Shown here one piece after another: positions 17,904 through 20,000 of a stretch of 20,000 bases of DNA; within the stretch, counting starts at the first letter, position 1; each line of letters opens with the position of its first letter. The DNA is taken from sequence record SRR31156797_3432; one strand, written 5' to 3'. The notes below the pieces were generated by a model. It had not been told where the DNA came from, made no database searches, and was given only the letters and a program-made list of their open reading frames with translations. A program made the position numbers and the translations under genes.

Positions 17904-18494
17904 ATGGGATTCCTCAGAAGTGTTAAATGCCCTGTCTTTAATATAGAGAAGACCAAGGAAGTGCCCGCCAGAGAGGATTATATCCTTCAGATTGGCGGCG
18001 AGTGCGAAAAAGCTGGTAAGTATCAGCTCGACGACCTTCTGTCTAATTTTAAACAGGTAACGCTGAACAGCAGGTTGACCTCAGTTTCGAGGTGGTCGGT
18101 GCGTGCTGACTGGCAGGGGATAAGCTGGGCTGATTTCATCGCTTGGGCAAACCCTGGAGATTATCAATATATATATACCGAAAGCTACGGCGGATATAAC
18201 ACCGCAATTATGGCTGAGGACATGGACAACCCGAGGATTCTTCTGTGCACACACGTAGGCGGGGAAGAGCTGGAGTTCGAATACGGTGCACCTATACGGA
18301 TGGTGATACCTAACCTTTGGGGATATAAAAGCTGTAAGTGGCTTAAAAGAATATATTTTATGAACGAATACATTCAGGGAACATGGGAATCTAACGGTTA
18401 TGAAGACCGAGGCGAGATCCAGCCCTGCATGTGTGAAGACGTGAATAGTGGTAAGCATTTTAAGATAACAGGTGGCGAAGTCCTCATAGATTGA
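17904..18494 (+). CDS. Sulfite-oxidase-family molybdopterin-binding oxidoreductase (MsrP/YuiH-like, cytoplasmic)
   Basis: WS...WQG, YGAPIRMVIPNLWGYKSCKWL and GTWESNGY motifs. No Tat signal. ATG 17904 lies 1 nt after the crcB stop, with a GAGGA SD. Confidence 0.85.
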   Translation: MGFLRSVKCPVFNIEKTKEVPAREDYILQIGGECEKAGKYQLDDLLSNFKQVTLNSRLTSVSRWSVRADWQGISWADFIAWANPGDYQYIYTESYGGYNTAIMAEDMDNPRILLCTHVGGEELEFEYGAPIRMVIPNLWGYKSCKWLKRIYFMNEYIQGTWESNGYEDRGEIQPCMCEDVNSGKHFKITGGEVLID

Positions 18495-18496
18495 TT

Positions 18497-18523
18497 GTCA
18501 TTGCGAGCGTAGCGAAGCAATCT
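18497..18523 (+). repeat. Partial REP-like palindromic element (GTCATTGCGAG...GAAGCAATC type)
   Basis: GTCATTGCGAGCGTAGCGAAGCAATCT in the intergenic gap, with an internal ATTGC/GCAAT inverted repeat. Matches a repeat motif recalled from other bacteria; only one copy is in this window. Confidence 0.6.
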
Positions 18524-18555
18524 TAGGACTCGTTAACATATTAGGAGATAATGAA

Positions 18556-19626
18556 ATGGCAGGAAGTACATTCGGAACGAATTTTACTATAACAACATTC
18601 GGCGAAAGCCACGGCAAGGCTGTGGGGGTTGTCATCGACGGCTGTCCACCAAACATTGAGATTTCTACAGAGGAAGTTCAGAAGGAACTCGACCGCAGAC
18701 GTCCCGGACAGAGCAAGGTCTCAACTCCGAGAGACGAGTCAGATACTGTAGAGATATATAGTGGTGTTTTCGAAGGTAAGACAACCGGCACACCTATAAT
18801 GATGATGGTTTTTAACAAGAACCAGATGTCGAGAGACTACAACGCTGTCAAAGACCTCTTCAGACCGGGGCACGCTGACTTCACGTATTTCAGCAAATAC
18901 GGGATAAGAGACCACAGAGGCGGCGGACGTTCATCAGCTAGGGAGACCATAGGTCGTGTTTGCGCCGGTGCAGTGGCTAAGAAGATTCTGGCTCAGTCAG
19001 GTATCACCATTCAGGCTTACGTCATTCAGGTGGGGCATATAAAGGCTGAGAAGCGTGATCTGGATATAGTCGAAGATAATATTATAAGAACCTGCGATAT
19101 GGACGTTGTCCAGCAGATGGAAGATTATATAGTAGAGATGAAGGATGCAGGAGACTCCGTAGGCGCCATTGTAGAGGTTAGCATCAAGGGTGTCCCTGTT
19201 GGGGTAGGTGAGCCGGTTTTCGACAGGCTTAACGCTATTCTCGCCCACGGTATAATGTCTATACCTGCTGTTAAGGGTATAGAATTCGGCAGAGGGTTCG
19301 AGGCTGCTCTTATGAAGGGTAGCGAACACAACGATGAGATGACAAAATACGGCTTTCTTTCTAACAACGCAGGGGGGACTCTCGGCGGTATGGCATCGAG
19401 TCAGGATATAGTGTTCAGATTCGTAGTAAAACCCGCAAGCTCCATCACAGTTCCGAAGAGAGGAATGGACTTATACGGTAACGAGAAGACGATCATAACA
19501 GAAGGTCGTCACGACCCTTGTGTAGCACCCCGTGTAGTACCTGTAGCAGAGGCTATGTCAGGGGTTGTAATCGTTGATATGATCATGTCTGACAAGGCTA
19601 TAGCAAATTATTTTCAAAAAAAGTGA
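18556..19626 (+). CDS. aroC: Chorismate synthase
   Basis: TFGESHG, RRRPGQS, RPGHAD, GGGRSSARET, NNAGGTLGG and GRHDPC motifs. AGGAG SD. Confidence 0.97.
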   Translation: MAGSTFGTNFTITTFGESHGKAVGVVIDGCPPNIEISTEEVQKELDRRRPGQSKVSTPRDESDTVEIYSGVFEGKTTGTPIMMMVFNKNQMSRDYNAVKDLFRPGHADFTYFSKYGIRDHRGGGRSSARETIGRVCAGAVAKKILAQSGITIQAYVIQVGHIKAEKRDLDIVEDNIIRTCDMDVVQQMEDYIVEMKDAGDSVGAIVEVSIKGVPVGVGEPVFDRLNAILAHGIMSIPAVKGIEFGRGFEAALMKGSEHNDEMTKYGFLSNNAGGTLGGMASSQDIVFRFVVKPASSITVPKRGMDLYGNEKTIITEGRHDPCVAPRVVPVAEAMSGVVIVDMIMSDKAIANYFQKK

Positions 19627-19645
19627 TATTTGTTTTAAAAAGATG

Positions 19646-19674
19646 TTGACTTAAATATAGGAAATAGATATAAC
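19646..19674 (+). promoter_or_regulatory. Tandem promoter P1 (probable rRNA operon)
   Basis: TTGACT-N17-TATAAC with an AT-rich upstream element. Confidence 0.75.
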
Positions 19675-19766
19675 TACCTTCCCCAGTGGATAACACATTC
19701 ACTGGGGTTACTTTTGAAGGCAGAAAACGCTCTCAAAAAAAGTTGTAAAAAACCGAAAGAAACCTA

Positions 19767-19795
19767 TTGACTTAGGATAACAGATTGGTTATAAC
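19767..19795 (+). promoter_or_regulatory. Tandem promoter P2 (probable rRNA operon)
   Basis: TTGACT-N17-TATAAC with upstream A-tracts. Confidence 0.75.
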
Positions 19796-19878
19796 AACGC
19801 TCCCCCGCAGATGATGCGGGGTTATTTTTGAAAGCAGAAAGCTTACAGAAAAAGATGTTAAGAAAATAAAATAAGTTG

Positions 19879-19907
19879 TTGACAAAGGAAGCAGTTTTCG
19901 ATAACAT
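19879..19907 (+). promoter_or_regulatory. Tandem promoter P3 (probable rRNA operon)
   Basis: TTGACA-N17-TAACAT with upstream A-tracts. Confidence 0.75.
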
Positions 19908-19914
19908 AATCCTC

Positions 19915-20000
19915 CCTTGACCGAAAGGTTGAGGCAACAATTTACCGGCGAGGCCGCAAGGCTGAGCTTAGATGTTTGACATTTGAATAAGGTCGATATG
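19915..20000 (+). other. Probable rRNA operon leader (boxB/boxA-like antitermination region)
   Basis: GNRA hairpins CCTTGACC-GAAA-GGTTGAGG (19915-19934) and GGCGAGGCC-GCAA-GGCTGAGCT (19947-19968), then boxA-like GATGTTTGACA (19971-19981). No ORF. The 16S gene itself is not in the window. Confidence 0.6.

Noticed and set aside
1-19626. Selenocysteine read-through or programmed frameshifts
   Set aside because: The recognised CDSs look full-length for their families, with no premature in-frame TGA or split gene.
8748-19626. mqnE and aroC as a dedicated menaquinone cluster
   Set aside because: They are about 9 kb apart, with unrelated genes and a terminator between them.
19640-20000. CRISPR array or tRNA at the window end
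   Set aside because: Only two degenerate copies of the shared block, a period above 110 nt, embedded promoters and no cas genes. No cloverleaf or T-loop (GTTCGA) motif.

Overview
AT-rich bacterial chromosomal window made mostly of housekeeping genes on the + strand. Gene content (miaB-bfn, mqnE futalosine pathway, hsp20-lon, two MoeA-type genes) suggests an anaerobe, possibly Deferribacterota or Deltaproteobacteria-like; this is inference only. Gene order: partial GT9 glycosyltransferase, miaB, bifunctional-nuclease-like protein, exported rhodanese (minus strand), MoeA-like protein with a C-terminal Cys cluster, moeA, nhaB, REC-PAS-GGDEF diguanylate cyclase, mqnE, a hypothetical protein, MEMO/AmrB, galU, hsp20, lon, copA, small membrane protein (minus strand), crcB, sulfite-oxidase-family Moco protein and aroC. 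The window ends in three tandem promoter-plus-hairpin units that most likely lead into an rRNA operon. No CRISPR array, transposase, prophage or tRNA was seen. The most interesting observations are a Moco protein whose Mo-ligating Cys appears replaced by Ser, a probable degenerate flavoprotein between mqnE and amrB, the modular promoter-hairpin repeats, and several promoters overlapped by palindromes. No clear novel multi-gene system could be established from the sequence alone.
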